From the NCBI RefSeq assembly GCF_041886205.1, contig NZ_CP169029.1: DNA of 64,000 bases; one strand, written 5' to 3'. The position numbers and the translations under genes are program-made. How positions within the stretch are numbered: position 1 is the first letter of the stretch; every line of letters begins with the position of its first letter. Source of the DNA: Escherichia coli (lineage in GTDB: Bacteria > Pseudomonadota > Gammaproteobacteria > Enterobacterales > Enterobacteriaceae). Under the pieces are notes generated by a model, which worked only from the letters and a program-made list of their open reading frames with translations, was not told where the DNA came from and did not search any database. Shown here in pieces: positions 29,256-48,184 of the stretch.

Positions 29256-30587
29256 TTACCCCATTCTCTGCCCGCGGATCGTCATATTGCTGGTCTGCGC
29301 CAGTGACATCCCTCGAGTCTCCGGGGCAAACGCTACGGAAATCAACAAGCCAAACAGCGAGATACCCGCCCCCATTAGCATCGTGTTACTGATACCGTAA
29401 TTATTGATAAAGATCGGTAGTGCCCAGGTCGAAACAATGGTGCCAATACGACTTAAGGACATAATCACGCCCACGGCAGAGGCGCGGATATCCGTCGGGA
29501 AGAGTTCATTAGGATAGAGCCACTGCAAATTACCCGGCCCGCCAGAGAAAAAGGCATACACCGCAAAGGCCATCACTACCAGCCAGATCCCCATATCCGG
29601 GATCAGCCCCAAAACCGCCAGCGCCAGCGTCATCATGGCAAAGCTGCCAATCAACAATGGACGCCGTCCGGCAGTGTTTAGCCACAGCATCGGCGGAATA
29701 CAGCCGAGCATAAAGAACAGGCTAATCACCACGTTCCCCAGTGCCGCGTTTTTGCCAACACCCAATCCCAACAAACCAACGATTTGCGGGCCAAAGGTGT
29801 AAATGGCGAACATTGGGATCACCTGGCAGGTCCAGATGGCGGCAACAAACAGAACAAAAGGAAAATGGCGGCGATTAAACAGATCGCGAAAACGGGTTTG
29901 CTGCGGCTGCTCTTCATCGAAAGCCACCGGTTCGCCAAACAGTTTGATCATCATCTCTTCGCACTCTTTTACTCGCCCTTTGCGTAATAACCAGCGGGGA
30001 GATTCAGGCAGTTCGAATCGACCAATCAAAATCAACAAACAGGGGATCGCCGCGCTACCCAGCATCCAGCGCCAGCCGCCTTCCACATCATAAAGCCAGT
30101 AGCCGACCAGATCGGCACAGGTCGCGCCGACATACCACATGGCGGCGATAAAGCTGATGGAAAACGCCCGCTGACGGGTACTGGAGAACTCAGTGATCAT
30201 CGAAGTGGCGATGGGATAGTCTGCACCGATGACAATGCCGATAAGTACCCGCATCACCAACAGTTCGACGGGGGATGAAACAAACATCGTCGCCACCGAT
30301 ATCACGCCGATGGCGATGATATCAATGAGGAACATTTTGCGCCGTCCGACTTTATCGGAAATATAACCAAACAGCGATGTGCCAACGAACAGCCCGGCGA
30401 GCGTTCCCGCGCCCAGCAAGCCAATCCAGTCAGCGTCCAGTTTTAGCGCCGGCGTCAGTTGCTCCAGCGCCACGCCAATCATTACCAGTACATAACCATC
30501 CAGAAACGGACCACCGCTTCCCCACAGCAAAATGCGGCGGTGAATAGAGGAAAATTTAAGATCGTCAAAGTTTCTGGACGGTTGCAT
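29256..30587 (-). CDS. yaaU: MFS transporter YaaU
   Basis: 443-aa polytopic MFS-like ORF in the K-12 yaaU position. Confidence 0.9.
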   Translation of the reverse strand: MQPSRNFDDLKFSSIHRRILLWGSGGPFLDGYVLVMIGVALEQLTPALKLDADWIGLLGAGTLAGLFVGTSLFGYISDKVGRRKMFLIDIIAIGVISVATMFVSSPVELLVMRVLIGIVIGADYPIATSMITEFSSTRQRAFSISFIAAMWYVGATCADLVGYWLYDVEGGWRWMLGSAAIPCLLILIGRFELPESPRWLLRKGRVKECEEMMIKLFGEPVAFDEEQPQQTRFRDLFNRRHFPFVLFVAAIWTCQVIPMFAIYTFGPQIVGLLGLGVGKNAALGNVVISLFFMLGCIPPMLWLNTAGRRPLLIGSFAMMTLALAVLGLIPDMGIWLVVMAFAVYAFFSGGPGNLQWLYPNELFPTDIRASAVGVIMSLSRIGTIVSTWALPIFINNYGISNTMLMGAGISLFGLLISVAFAPETRGMSLAQTSNMTIRGQRMG

Positions 30588-30644
30588 GGGTTATTCCTGT
30601 TTTTTGCAATGAGAGTCAGTGCGGCGTTACGTATCAAACCAACA

Positions 30645-30932
30645 TCAGCCGTAACGGAACTCCACACCAAAGGTGCCGCGCGGGTATTCCCACTGTTCCA
30701 GCGCCGACCCCAGCCCCAGAATGCGACAGGTGCCGCACTCCAGACATCCGGCGTAATCGAAGCGCACACTGCCGTCATCCTGCTTCTTGTACAGACCTGC
30801 GGGGCACGCTTTCACCAGCAGCTCCAGCGCCTGTTTATCGGCATCGGCTTTCACAACAATGTGCGGATGCTCTTCATCGACATTGAATTTATTGACGCCC
30901 AGTTTGACGTCCACATTGACGGGAAAAGTCAT
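30645..30932 (-). CDS. fixX: Ferredoxin-like protein FixX
   Basis: 95-aa ORF with cysteine cluster; position after fixC. Confidence 0.92.
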   Translation of the reverse strand: MTFPVNVDVKLGVNKFNVDEEHPHIVVKADADKQALELLVKACPAGLYKKQDDGSVRFDYAGCLECGTCRILGLGSALEQWEYPRGTFGVEFRYG

Positions 30933-32215
30933 AAAACGGTCACTCCTTTCATGCCATCCTTGATCAGATTGATGAAGCCCACTTTCTTGCCGTGGCGGAG
31001 GATTTTCTTGCGCATCAGTTCCGGCGCACTGCCGTCAATGGTGAACAGGTCACGCGCCACGCCTACCGCCAGTTCCGGGTAGCCGCTAAACATGCGTGGG
31101 TTATCAAGGAAGGCCGGTAGTTTCTGGTACATACGCATATCGCGCAGCGGGCCACTCTCAAGATGCTGACGATATTCCGCGAGTTTTTGCTTACTGAAAT
31201 CGTCGCTTTTCATCGCTGAAAGCACGGTTTTTGCTGCAGCTTCCCCGGCGGCAATCGCCAGATCCATACCGCGAATGGTAAAACCGAGGTTCATACACAT
31301 TCCGGCGGCATCACCGGCAATCAATACGCCGTCACCGACCAGCTCCGGCAGCATGTTGATGCCTGCTTCCGGCACTACGTGAGCGGAATATTCCACCAGC
31401 TTGCCACCCGCGATCAGCGGTGCAACGGCCGGATGTTGTTTGAAATCTTCCAGCATTTGCGGCACCGATTTTTTCGCGTCATGCAGATGATGCAGACCAC
31501 AAACCAGCCCCAGCGACAGGGTGTTTTCATTGGTATAAAGAAAACCGCCGCCCATCAGGCCATCGGTGGGTGATCCCGCAAATAGGCAAGCCGCCCCCTG
31601 ATTACCCTGCAACTGAAAACGGTCTTCAATAACCGACTTCGGTAACTCGATCAGTTCCTTCACGCCAACCGCCACATCCGTCGGTTTAACGCGTTTTGCC
31701 ATCCCCAGCTTTTCGGCAAGGATGGAGTTCACTCCATCAGCAAGGATCACCGTTTTCGCTTCAATCACATCGCCATCGGCTTCTACACCGACGACTTTGC
31801 CATCGCGCTGTACGAGGTTATCGACGCGGATCCCGGTAATTAACTGCGCGCCCGCTTCTTCGGCCTGCTCCATCAGCCAGGCATCAAATTTACTGCGCAA
31901 AACGGAGTAAGAACGCTGGGATGGCGAGGTTTCGTCACCGTTGCAGTAGTCCATAGTCATCGCTGACTTTTCCGTCATAAACGCGAGTTTTTCATGGGTG
32001 ATCAGGCGTTCTACGGGGGCAGATTCGGCGAAACCTGGAATAATGTGTTCCAGACTGTGGGCATAGAGACGCCCGCCGGTGACGTTCTTGGCACCAGCAG
32101 AATTGCCACGCTCGATAACTAACACTTGCGCACCTTCGCGGGCGAGCACCAGTGCGGCAACCGAACCGGCAAGCCCTGCACCGACGATGATGGCGTCAAA
32201 GATATCTTCGGACAT
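30929..32215 (-). CDS. fixC: Electron-transfer flavoprotein-quinone oxidoreductase FixC
   Basis: 428-aa ORF with N-terminal FAD fold GAGLAG; matches FixC. Confidence 0.95.
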   Translation of the reverse strand: MSEDIFDAIIVGAGLAGSVAALVLAREGAQVLVIERGNSAGAKNVTGGRLYAHSLEHIIPGFAESAPVERLITHEKLAFMTEKSAMTMDYCNGDETSPSQRSYSVLRSKFDAWLMEQAEEAGAQLITGIRVDNLVQRDGKVVGVEADGDVIEAKTVILADGVNSILAEKLGMAKRVKPTDVAVGVKELIELPKSVIEDRFQLQGNQGAACLFAGSPTDGLMGGGFLYTNENTLSLGLVCGLHHLHDAKKSVPQMLEDFKQHPAVAPLIAGGKLVEYSAHVVPEAGINMLPELVGDGVLIAGDAAGMCMNLGFTIRGMDLAIAAGEAAAKTVLSAMKSDDFSKQKLAEYRQHLESGPLRDMRMYQKLPAFLDNPRMFSGYPELAVGVARDLFTIDGSAPELMRKKILRHGKKVGFINLIKDGMKGVTVL

Positions 32216-32265
32216 AAGAGCTCCCTGTCAGCGGCAGGACCAAAATGCAGCCCTGCCAGAGTGGA

Positions 32266-33207
32266 TCAACGCGCTAAAGCTGCGGTCAGCGCCGGAAGGA
32301 TCTTCACGGCGTCGCCAACAATGCCGTAATCCGCGTACTGGAAGATCGGCGCATTTTTATCTTTATTGATGGCGAAAATGGTTTGCGACGCGTTAGCGCC
32401 AACCATGTGCTGGATCTGCCCGGAGATCCCCACAGCCAGGTACAGTTCAGGTTTCAGCATCAGGTTGGAGATACCGACATAGCGTTCGTGCTCCATCCAT
32501 TTTTCGTTTTCTGCCACCGGACGAGAACAGGCCAACTCCGCACCTATCGCCTTGCAAAGCTGTTCTGCCAGCGCAATGTTCTCTTTGCTGCCAATACCGC
32601 GACCGACGCTGACCACCAGACGGGCTTTGTCGAGATCGACGCTGTTGCTCTGGCGCGCCTGGGTTGCCGTGCGGGTAATCGCCACAGCCGGAGCCTGCCA
32701 CTCCACGGTGTGCGTTTCGCCAGTGCGTGACGCGTCTGGCTGAGCCGCATCGAACGTGCCGCTGCTGATGGTCAGTACCGCATACGGCGTGGCAATGCGT
32801 TCTTCGCCAATCGCCAGACCACCGTAAACCATGTGTTTCACTGTCGCTTTACCGTCCTGTACGCTGACGGTGCTGGCATCGTTAGACACCGCCGCTTTAA
32901 GGCGATAACCCAGTTTTGCCGCCAGTAATTTGCCGCGACGGGTGTTTGGCAGCAGCACCAGGCCGTCTGCGCCGTGCTGGCGAATAGTGTCAGCCATGAC
33001 ACCGGCGTAATCTTCGATCATCCGATCGTCCGGTTTGCCGTTTAATTTCCAGACATGATTAGCGCCGAGCTGGATTGCCTGTGCGCCGTCGGCATCATTG
33101 AGGACAAAGGTGTTGATTTGATTAGCTAAAGCCTGCGCACCGTTCATCAGTTCCGGCAGACGAGAAGGGGTATCGCTGAATACCCAGACTTGAGAAAACG
33201 TGTTCAT
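32266..33207 (-). CDS. fixB: Electron transfer flavoprotein alpha subunit FixB
   Basis: 313-aa ORF matching FixB. Confidence 0.95.
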
Positions 33208-33221
33208 AGCATCCCCTGTAA

Positions 33222-33992
33222 TTAAATGACTTTGCGAAGATTTTCAGCAAATGCGGCGATCTGTTCTTCGCCGTCGCCTTCAATCACGATGCGCTGACGT
33301 TCGCGCTGTTTCGGCGCGGCAACCTGTTGTTCTGACCAGGCTGCCTCTGCGTTAAAACCAATATCCGCCGCCGACCATACCTGGACGGGCTTTTTCGCCG
33401 CGCCGAGAATGGCTTTCATCGAAGGAATTTGTGGGGAATTGATATCAGTGGAAACAGCAACAACCGCAGGCAGCGGAATGCTTAAGGTTTCGGTTTCATC
33501 TTCCAGTTCGCGCTCAACGGTGAGGGTATCTGCCGTCAGGGAGATAATTTTGCTGACGCCGTTAACTGCCGGAATATTGAGGATTTCGCCCACCAGCAGA
33601 CCAACCTGCTGGGCATAAAGGTCGGAAGAACCATCGCCACAGAGGATCAAATCAAAGCCTGCTTTCTGGGCGGCTGCAGCCAGTGCGCTCGCCGTTTGTT
33701 GCGGCAGTGCCTGCTCGAACTGGTCATCAATCACCACAATCAGTTCATCCGGGCCGCGCGATAGCACATCTTTACGCCCTTTGGCGTTGGTCAGGGCTTT
33801 ACCGCCCACACTTAAGGCCGTCACCTGCGCCTCTGCTGCCTGTTGCTTTAGCTGGCAAGCCGCTTCAATAGCGTTCAGATCGTATTGGCTTATTTTGGCA
33901 TCGGCTTTGCTGAAGTCTAATGAACCATCAGCATTATTGACCGCAATATCCTGTTCATCAGGCACGCACTTATAGCAAGTAATAATCTTCAT
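33222..33992 (-). CDS. fixA: Electron transfer flavoprotein beta subunit FixA
   Basis: Matches FixA from [17 protein letters not shown]; track ORF extended 21 codons. Confidence 0.95.
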
Positions 33993-34055
33993 TGCATCTC
34001 CAGAAATCATGAAGGAAACGTCGTTCATATCGGTGGTGTTAATTACAGATATCAC

Positions 34056-35975
<1,920 letters not shown>

Positions 35976-36005
35976 TTAACCCCCAAAATATCAAGAGGTT
36001 GAAAG

Positions 36006-37148
36006 ATGGATTTTAATTTAAATGATGAGCAGGAACTGTTTGTCGCCGGTATCCGCGAACTGATGGCCAGCGAAAACTGGGAGGCCTATTTTGCCGAGTG
36101 CGACCGTGACAGCGTCTACCCGGAACGTTTTGTCAAAGCACTGGCGGATATGGGTATCGACAGTCTGCTGATCCCTGAAGAGCACGGTGGTCTGGACGCG
36201 GGGTTTGTTACTCTCGCCGCCGTGTGGATGGAGCTGGGACGTCTGGGGGCACCAACCTATGTGCTGTACCAGTTGCCGGGCGGGTTCAACACCTTCCTGC
36301 GCGAAGGCACACAAGAGCAGATCGACAAAATTATGGCTTTCCGCGGCACCGGTAAGCAGATGTGGAACTCAGCGATTACCGAACCGGGCGCGGGCTCCGA
36401 CGTGGGTAGCCTGAAAACGACTTATACCCGTAGAAATGGTAAGATTTATCTTAATGGTAGTAAGTGTTTTATTACCAGCAGCGCCTACACCCCGTACATC
36501 GTGGTGATGGCGCGCGACGGGGCTTCTCCGGACAAACCTGTCTACACCGAATGGTTTGTTGATATGAGCAAACCGGGCATCAAAGTGACCAAACTTGAAA
36601 AGCTCGGTCTGCGTATGGATAGCTGCTGTGAAATCACCTTTGACGACGTGGAACTGGACGAGAAAGACATGTTCGGTCGGGAAGGTAACGGCTTTAACCG
36701 CGTCAAAGAAGAGTTCGACCATGAACGTTTCCTGGTAGCCCTCACCAACTACGGTACGGCGATGTGCGCCTTTGAAGATGCGGCGCGCTACGCCAATCAG
36801 CGCGTGCAGTTTGGCGAGGCTATTGGTCGTTTCCAGTTGATTCAGGAAAAATTCGCCCACATGGCGATCAAATTAAACTCCATGAAAAACATGCTGTATG
36901 AAGCAGCGTGGAAAGCAGACAACGGCACCATCACCTCTGGCGATGCAGCGATGTGCAAATACTTCTGCGCCAATGCGGCATTTGAAGTTGTGGATAGCGC
37001 AATGCAGGTGCTGGGCGGTGTCGGGATTGCGGGCAACCACCGCATCAGCCGCTTCTGGCGTGATCTGCGTGTAGACCGCGTCTCCGGGGGATCTGACGAA
37101 ATGCAGATCCTGACGCTGGGTCGTGCGGTGCTGAAGCAATACCGCTAA
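36006..37148 (+). CDS. caiA: Crotonobetainyl-CoA reductase (acyl-CoA dehydrogenase family)
   Basis: 380-aa ORF matching CaiA. Confidence 0.96.
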
Positions 37149-37149
37149 G

Positions 37150-37245
37150 TCCGTGCGCTGCCTGATGCGACGCTGATGCGTCTTATCAGGCCTACGGGAG
37201 CACGAATGTAGGCCGGATAAAGCGTTTACGCCGCATCCGGCAGTC
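37150..37245. repeat. REP/BIME element between caiA and caiB
   Basis: gcctgatgcgacgctgatgcgtcttatcaggcctac and gtaggccggataaagcgtttacgccgcatccggca. Confidence 0.8.
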
Positions 37246-37258
37246 ATGCGCTACATAA

Positions 37259-38494
<1,236 letters not shown>

Positions 38495-38567
38495 ACGCGT
38501 GGCGTCAGTCGGCTTGCCTGACTAGCGCCCGCCCAATAACAAACGAACAAAAATGGATAGAGATGCA

Positions 38568-40121
38568 ATGGATATCATTGGCGGACAACATCTACGTCAA
38601 ATGTGGGACGATCTTGCGGACGTTTACGGTCATAAAACGGCGCTGATTTGTGAATCCAGCGGCGGAGTCGTTAACCGGTATAGTTATCTTGAGTTAAATC
38701 AGGAGATTAACCGCACGGCAAACCTGTTTTATACGCTGGGGATTCGCAAAGGCGACAAGGTTGCACTACATCTCGACAACTGCCCGGAATTTATCTTTTG
38801 CTGGTTCGGGCTGGCAAAAATTGGCGCGATTATGGTGCCGATTAACGCCCGCCTGTTGTGCGAGGAAAGCGCGTGGATCCTGCAAAATAGCCAGGCGTGC
38901 CTGCTGGTGACCAGTGCGCAATTCTATCCTATGTATCAACAGATTCAGCAGGAAGATGCCACTCAATTGCGGCACATTTGCCTGACAGATGTGGCACTTC
39001 CCGCTGATGATGGCGTGAGTTCGTTTACTCAACTGAAAAATCAACAACCTGCCACCTTGTGCTATGCACCGCCGCTATCGACTGACGATACGGCGGAAAT
39101 TCTCTTCACCTCCGGCACCACCTCCCGACCGAAAGGTGTGGTGATTACCCATTACAACCTGCGCTTCGCTGGATATTACTCCGCCTGGCAGTGTGCACTG
39201 CGTGACGATGACGTCTACCTGACGGTAATGCCTGCGTTTCATATCGATTGCCAGTGTACTGCGGCGATGGCGGCGTTTTCTGCCGGGGCCACCTTTGTGC
39301 TGGTCGAGAAATACAGCGCCCGCGCCTTCTGGGGACAGGTACAGAAGTACCGCGCCACCGTTACCGAATGTATTCCGATGATGATCCGTACGTTGATGGT
39401 ACAGCCGCCTTCAGCGAACGATCAGCAACACCGCCTGCGGGAAGTGATGTTTTATCTCAACTTGTCGGAGCAGGAAAAAGATGCGTTTTGTGAACGCTTC
39501 GGCGTTCGCTTGCTGACGTCTTATGGGATGACGGAAACCATTGTGGGCATTATCGGCGATCGTCCTGGCGATAAACGACGCTGGCCGTCGATTGGTCGGG
39601 TGGGGTTTTGCTACGAAGCGGAGATCCGCGACGATCACAATCGCCCGCTCCCGGCTGGTGAGATCGGTGAAATCTGCATTAAAGGCATACCTGGGAAAAC
39701 CATCTTCAAAGAGTACTTTCTCAACCCACAAGCCACTGCGAAAGTGCTGGAAGCCGATGGCTGGCTGCATACCGGCGATACCGGATACCGCGACGAAGAG
39801 GGCTTTTTTTATTTCGTCGATCGCCGCTGCAATATGATTAAACGTGGCGGCGAGAATGTCTCCTGCGTGGAGCTGGAAAATATTATCGCCGCGCACCCGA
39901 AAATTCAGGACATCGTGGTTGTGGGTATTAAAGATTCGATTCGCGATGAAGCCATCAAAGCATTTGTGGTGCTGAATGAAGGTGAAACATTGAGCGAAGA
40001 GGAATTTTTCCGCTTCTGCGAACAAAATATGGCGAAATTTAAAGTGCCCTCTTATCTGGAGATCAGAAAAGATCTGCCACGTAATTGCTCGGGGAAAATA
40101 ATTAGAAAGAATCTGAAATAA
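38568..40121 (+). CDS. caiC: Carnitine/crotonobetaine-CoA ligase
   Basis: Matches CaiC from [15 protein letters not shown]; an in-frame ATG 5 codons upstream (38553) is the track start. Confidence 0.93.
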   Translation: MDIIGGQHLRQMWDDLADVYGHKTALICESSGGVVNRYSYLELNQEINRTANLFYTLGIRKGDKVALHLDNCPEFIFCWFGLAKIGAIMVPINARLLCEESAWILQNSQACLLVTSAQFYPMYQQIQQEDATQLRHICLTDVALPADDGVSSFTQLKNQQPATLCYAPPLSTDDTAEILFTSGTTSRPKGVVITHYNLRFAGYYSAWQCALRDDDVYLTVMPAFHIDCQCTAAMAAFSAGATFVLVEKYSARAFWGQVQKYRATVTECIPMMIRTLMVQPPSANDQQHRLREVMFYLNLSEQEKDAFCERFGVRLLTSYGMTETIVGIIGDRPGDKRRWPSIGRVGFCYEAEIRDDHNRPLPAGEIGEICIKGIPGKTIFKEYFLNPQATAKVLEADGWLHTGDTGYRDEEGFFYFVDRRCNMIKRGGENVSCVELENIIAAHPKIQDIVVVGIKDSIRDEAIKAFVVLNEGETLSEEEFFRFCEQNMAKFKVPSYLEIRKDLPRNCSGKIIRKNLK

Positions 40122-40229
40122 ATGAAACAGCAGGGAACTACCCTGCCAGCTAATAATCACACTCTAAAACAATATGCATTTTTTGCAGGGATGTTGTCGT
40201 CCCTGAAAAAGCAAAAATGGAGAAAAGGA

Positions 40230-41015
40230 ATGAGTGAATCATTACATCTGACCCGCAATGGATCAATTCTGGAAATTACCCTTGATCGTCCAAAAGCGAA
40301 TGCTATTGATGCAAAAACCAGCTTTGAAATGGGCGAAGTATTTCTAAATTTCCGTGACGATCCGCAATTACGTGTCGCCATTATTACCGGTGCCGGAGAG
40401 AAGTTCTTTTCCGCGGGCTGGGATTTAAAAGCGGCAGCAGAAGGCGAAGCACCGGATGCTGACTTTGGTCCGGGTGGTTTTGCGGGATTAACCGAAATTT
40501 TCAATCTCGACAAACCGGTTATCGCAGCTGTGAACGGCTATGCCTTTGGCGGCGGCTTTGAACTGGCGCTGGCGGCAGATTTTATTGTTTGTGCCGATAA
40601 CGCCAGCTTCGCCCTGCCGGAAGCCAAACTGGGCATCGTTCCTGACAGCGGCGGTGTGCCGCGTCTGCCGAAGATCCTGCCGCCTGCCATCGTCAATGAA
40701 ATGGTGATGACCGGCAGACGAATGGGCGCAGAAGAGGCGCTGCGTTGGGGGATAGTCAACCGCGTGGTTAGCCAGGCGGAACTGATGGATAACGCCCGCG
40801 AACTGGCTCAGCAGCTGGTTAACAGCGCCCCGCTGGCGATTGCGGCGCTGAAAGAGATCTACCGCACCACCAGCGAAATGCCGGTAGAAGAAGCGTATCG
40901 CTATATTCGCAGCGGCGTGTTGAAACACTATCCATCGGTTCTGCATTCGGAAGATGCCATTGAAGGGCCGCTGGCGTTTGCCGAGAAGCGCGATCCGGTG
41001 TGGAAAGGACGTTAA
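40230..41015 (+). CDS. caiD: Carnitinyl-CoA dehydratase (crotonase family)
   Basis: Matches the 261-aa CaiD from [21 protein letters not shown]; track ORF extended 36 codons. Confidence 0.93.
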   Translation: MSESLHLTRNGSILEITLDRPKANAIDAKTSFEMGEVFLNFRDDPQLRVAIITGAGEKFFSAGWDLKAAAEGEAPDADFGPGGFAGLTEIFNLDKPVIAAVNGYAFGGGFELALAADFIVCADNASFALPEAKLGIVPDSGGVPRLPKILPPAIVNEMVMTGRRMGAEEALRWGIVNRVVSQAELMDNARELAQQLVNSAPLAIAALKEIYRTTSEMPVEEAYRYIRSGVLKHYPSVLHSEDAIEGPLAFAEKRDPVWKGR

Positions 41016-41020
41016 CAACC

Positions 41021-41611
41021 GTGAGCTATTACGCCTTTGAGGGGTTAATTCCGGTGGTTCACCCGACGGCGTTTGTCCATCCCAGTGCCGTCTTGATTGG
41101 CGATGTGATTGTGGGAGCCGGTGTCTACATCGGCCCACTCGCCTCACTGCGTGGTGACTACGGGCGGTTGATCGTGCAAGCGGGAGCCAATATTCAGGAT
41201 GGCTGCATTATGCATGGCTACTGCGACACTGACACTATCGTTGGGGAAAACGGCCATATCGGGCACGGAGCGATCCTGCATGGTTGTTTGATTGGTCGCG
41301 ATGCATTGGTCGGGATGAACAGCGTGATTATGGATGGCGCGGTCATTGGCGAAGAGAGCATTGTTGCCGCCATGAGCTTTGTCAAAGCGGGCTTTCGCGG
41401 CGAGAAACGCCAGTTGTTGATGGGTACGCCAGCCCGCGCTGTACGCAATGTTAGTGACGACGAGTTACACTGGAAACGGTTGAATACCAAAGAGTATCAG
41501 GATCTTGTCGGGCGCTGTCATGTATCGTTACATGAAACGCAGCCACTGAGGCAAATGGAGGAAAATCGCCCCCGTTTGCAGGGGACGACGGATGTGACGC
41601 CTAAACGGTGA
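41021..41611 (+). CDS. caiE: Carnitine operon protein CaiE (hexapeptide-repeat transferase-like)
   Basis: Matches CaiE from (M)[17 protein letters not shown] with GTG start; track uses GTG at 41000. Confidence 0.9.
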   Translation: MSYYAFEGLIPVVHPTAFVHPSAVLIGDVIVGAGVYIGPLASLRGDYGRLIVQAGANIQDGCIMHGYCDTDTIVGENGHIGHGAILHGCLIGRDALVGMNSVIMDGAVIGEESIVAAMSFVKAGFRGEKRQLLMGTPARAVRNVSDDELHWKRLNTKEYQDLVGRCHVSLHETQPLRQMEENRPRLQGTTDVTPKR

Positions 41612-41614
41612 TCT

Positions 41615-41672
41615 TGCCGGATGCGACCTGGTTGCTGGATAAGATGCTACAACATCGCATCTGGCAAGCAGG
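41615..41672. repeat. Imperfect REP-like hairpin between convergent caiE and caiF
   Basis: tgccggatgcgac ... atcgcatctggca is a near inverted repeat. Confidence 0.5.
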
Positions 41673-41696
41673 ACGCCCGGTATCAACGAGATAAAA

Positions 41697-42092
41697 TTAA
41701 CGACGCATACTCTTTGACAACATCATCTGCCACTTCTGCTCGCGGTTAAGTTCCGTGAGCGGAACGGCAGGAATACGCGGCGTCTTTCTTACACCGACTA
41801 ATTTTTCCCGACTGTTATTGCGCAGGCGCGCGTAAATTTGCTCATCGATATCGACCACTTTAACCAGTCGCTGACACTGGCATCCCCGCCCTTCCAGCTT
41901 ATTAGGGATCATCTTAACTTCGCAGCTTATTTCTGTGACTTCCGACAGAATATAAGTCAGGGTATTAACCGCCTTGCTGTGTTCAATATCGAAATGAATA
42001 GAGATCTCTCTTGCTATCACCCACCGATTTTCAGCCATCATCCATTCGGCGATTAACAAGTAGAGTGGTTTTTCAACATATCCTTCACACAT
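41697..42092 (-). CDS. caiF: Carnitine-responsive transcriptional activator CaiF
   Basis: Matches the 131-aa CaiF from MCEGYVEKPLYLLIAEWMMAENRW; track ORF extended 35 codons. Confidence 0.93.
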   Translation of the reverse strand: MCEGYVEKPLYLLIAEWMMAENRWVIAREISIHFDIEHSKAVNTLTYILSEVTEISCEVKMIPNKLEGRGCQCQRLVKVVDIDEQIYARLRNNSREKLVGVRKTPRIPAVPLTELNREQKWQMMLSKSMRR

Positions 42093-42281
42093 ACGAACTC
42101 CAGTTTCACAAATTAAAAGTCTGGCTATGACTCGTTTTGAAGCAATTAAACAAGGCCATATTAAAATTGTGGATATATCGATAGTATGCAACTTCACCGT
42201 CGATAAGTGTGAGCTAAATCCTGCTTATGTCATCAAAAATATCGATTCCCCAAAAGATTTACTTAATGGGCAAAAAAAAAC

Positions 42282-42310
42282 GGTCCTCATCAGAGAACCG
42301 TATTAGTTAT
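42282..42310 (-). terminator. Rho-independent terminator downstream of carB
   Basis: On the minus strand: 8-bp stem (one G-U pair) cggttctc/gaggaccg, 4-nt loop, then a run of nine T. Confidence 0.75.
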
Positions 42311-42353
42311 TCGATCAAATTAGCGGATGAAAAATATCTGCCATGACACGCTA

Positions 42354-45575
<3,222 letters not shown>

Positions 45576-45592
45576 GGCTCTTTTACTCCTGA

Positions 45593-46741
45593 TTACTTAG
45601 CGGTTTTACGGTACTGCTCAATTAACTCGATAAAGTGGTCGAACAACGGCGCGGCGTCGTGTGGACCAGGGCTGGCTTCAGGGTGACCCTGGAAGCTGAA
45701 CGCCGGTTTATCGGTGCGATGAATGCCCTGTAACGTACCGTCGAACAGGGATTTATGCGTGACACGCAGGTTTGCAGGTAATGTTGCTTCATCCACCGCA
45801 AAACCGTGGTTCTGGGCGGTGATCATCACCACGTTTTTCTCAACATCTTTAACCGGATGGTTGCCGCCGTGGTGACCAAATTTCATTTTGACAGTCTTCG
45901 CACCGCTCGCCAGCGCCAGCAGCTGATGACCGAGACAGATGCCGAATACCGGAATATCGGTTTCGAGGAATTTCTGGATGGCGGTAATGGCGTAATCGCA
46001 CGGGGCCGGGTCGCCAGGACCGTTGGAGAGGAAGATGCCGTCTGGATTCATTTTCAGCACATCTTCCGCAGAAGTTTGCGCCGGAACGATGGTCAGACGA
46101 CAGCCTCTGTCCACCAGCATCCGCAGGATGTTGCGCTTGGCACCAAAGTCATAAGCCACAACATGGAACGGCAGCTCGTCTTCTTTTTTCGCTTCTGGCA
46201 GGCCGCCGGTCAACGTCCAGCTCCCTTGTGTCCAGCTATAGGCTTCTGCGGTGGTCACTTCTTTTGCCAGATCCATGCCATTCAGACCTGGGAACGCGCG
46301 GGCTTTTTCTAACGCCAGCGCCGCATCCGGGTTATCGCCTGCGATAATGCAGCCATTCTGTGCGCCTTTCTCGCGCAGTAAACGCGTCAGCTTACGGGTA
46401 TCGATATCGGCAATCGCCACGATGTTATGGCGTTTCAAGTATGAAGAGAGATCTTCGGTATTACGGAAGTTGCTGGCAATCAGCGGTAGGTCGCGAATCA
46501 CCAGACCTTGTGCATGTACCTGAGAAGATTCTTCATCGGCGTCATTAGTGCCGACATTGCCAATATGGGGGTAAGTAAGAGTAACGATTTGACGAGAATA
46601 GGAAGGATCAGTGAGGATTTCTTGATAACCGGTCATTGAAGTATTGAAAACGACTTCCCCAACCGCCGAACCTGTTGCCCCTATGGCCCGACCGTGAAAC
46701 TGGGTTCCGTCTTCCAGAACCAATAGCGCTGACTTAATCAA
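45593..46741 (-). CDS. carA: Carbamoyl-phosphate synthase small (glutaminase) subunit
   Basis: Matches the 382-aa CarA from (M)[11 protein letters not shown] with TTG start preceded by GGAGG; track begins at an upstream GTG. Confidence 0.95.
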   Translation of the reverse strand: MIKSALLVLEDGTQFHGRAIGATGSAVGEVVFNTSMTGYQEILTDPSYSRQIVTLTYPHIGNVGTNDADEESSQVHAQGLVIRDLPLIASNFRNTEDLSSYLKRHNIVAIADIDTRKLTRLLREKGAQNGCIIAGDNPDAALALEKARAFPGLNGMDLAKEVTTAEAYSWTQGSWTLTGGLPEAKKEDELPFHVVAYDFGAKRNILRMLVDRGCRLTIVPAQTSAEDVLKMNPDGIFLSNGPGDPAPCDYAITAIQKFLETDIPVFGICLGHQLLALASGAKTVKMKFGHHGGNHPVKDVEKNVVMITAQNHGFAVDEATLPANLRVTHKSLFDGTLQGIHRTDKPAFSFQGHPEASPGPHDAAPLFDHFIELIEQYRKTAK

Positions 46742-46800
46742 AACACCCTCCAGAGAATATTCACTCACTTTATTTGCATATTAATTCACAATGATGACGT
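46742..46800. promoter_or_regulatory. carAB P2/operator region with two ARG boxes (ArgR sites)
   Basis: Minus-strand reading gives tgTGAATtaatATgCAaa and agTGAgTgaatATTCtct, fitting the ARG-box consensus TGAAT-N4-ATTCA, abutting the carA start. Confidence 0.75.
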
Positions 46801-47112
46801 AAATCAATGCAAATCTGCTTACCGACGAATTTCTGGCAAACGGCGGCATTCTGGAGATATGGGCGCTAAAAGTCAACTTAATGGCAGGATTTTTTATATT
46901 ATTTTGTGGCTCATGCATGTTTTACAGGCATTAAGCGACAAAAAGATCATATAACCTGTTCTGGAAAACGCTTGCGCAGCAAGAAGATTGCATGAAATAA
47001 AAACGAGCAGGGAAAAGTGGACCAAATGGTCAAAATTTACATTAAAACAACAAAAACAGAAGACAAAACATGTAATTTTTAGCACTTTCATAAAATTTAA
47101 AAGCATAATACC

Positions 47113-47144
47113 AAAAATAAAAGGGCTAGAAATTAAAGCCCTTT
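47113..47144 (-). terminator. Putative dapB terminator hairpin in the AT-rich dapB-carA intergenic region
   Basis: aaagggc / gcccttt inverted repeat with T-rich 3' flank on the minus strand; long loop makes it weaker. Confidence 0.45.
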
Positions 47145-47196
47145 ATAATTAATAAATTAAATATGTTATTTTTACATCATCATAAACATGATGTGG

Positions 47197-48033
<837 letters not shown>

Positions 48034-48184
48034 TTAATTTGCATAGACCGTTTTCAGAGTAACCAGCGCATCGCTACGCCGCCAGCCAAAAACGCTGATA
48101 ATTAGAAATTAATGATAAACAGGGAGGGATATCAGTGAAAGGCATGAGTCGATGAATGACTGCATGCCGATAACATGTGACAGG

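Noticed and set aside
46894-47106. 70-aa minus-strand ORF in the carAB upstream region
   Set aside because: Low-complexity product from an AT-rich regulatory region; no RBS; the region is known promoter DNA.
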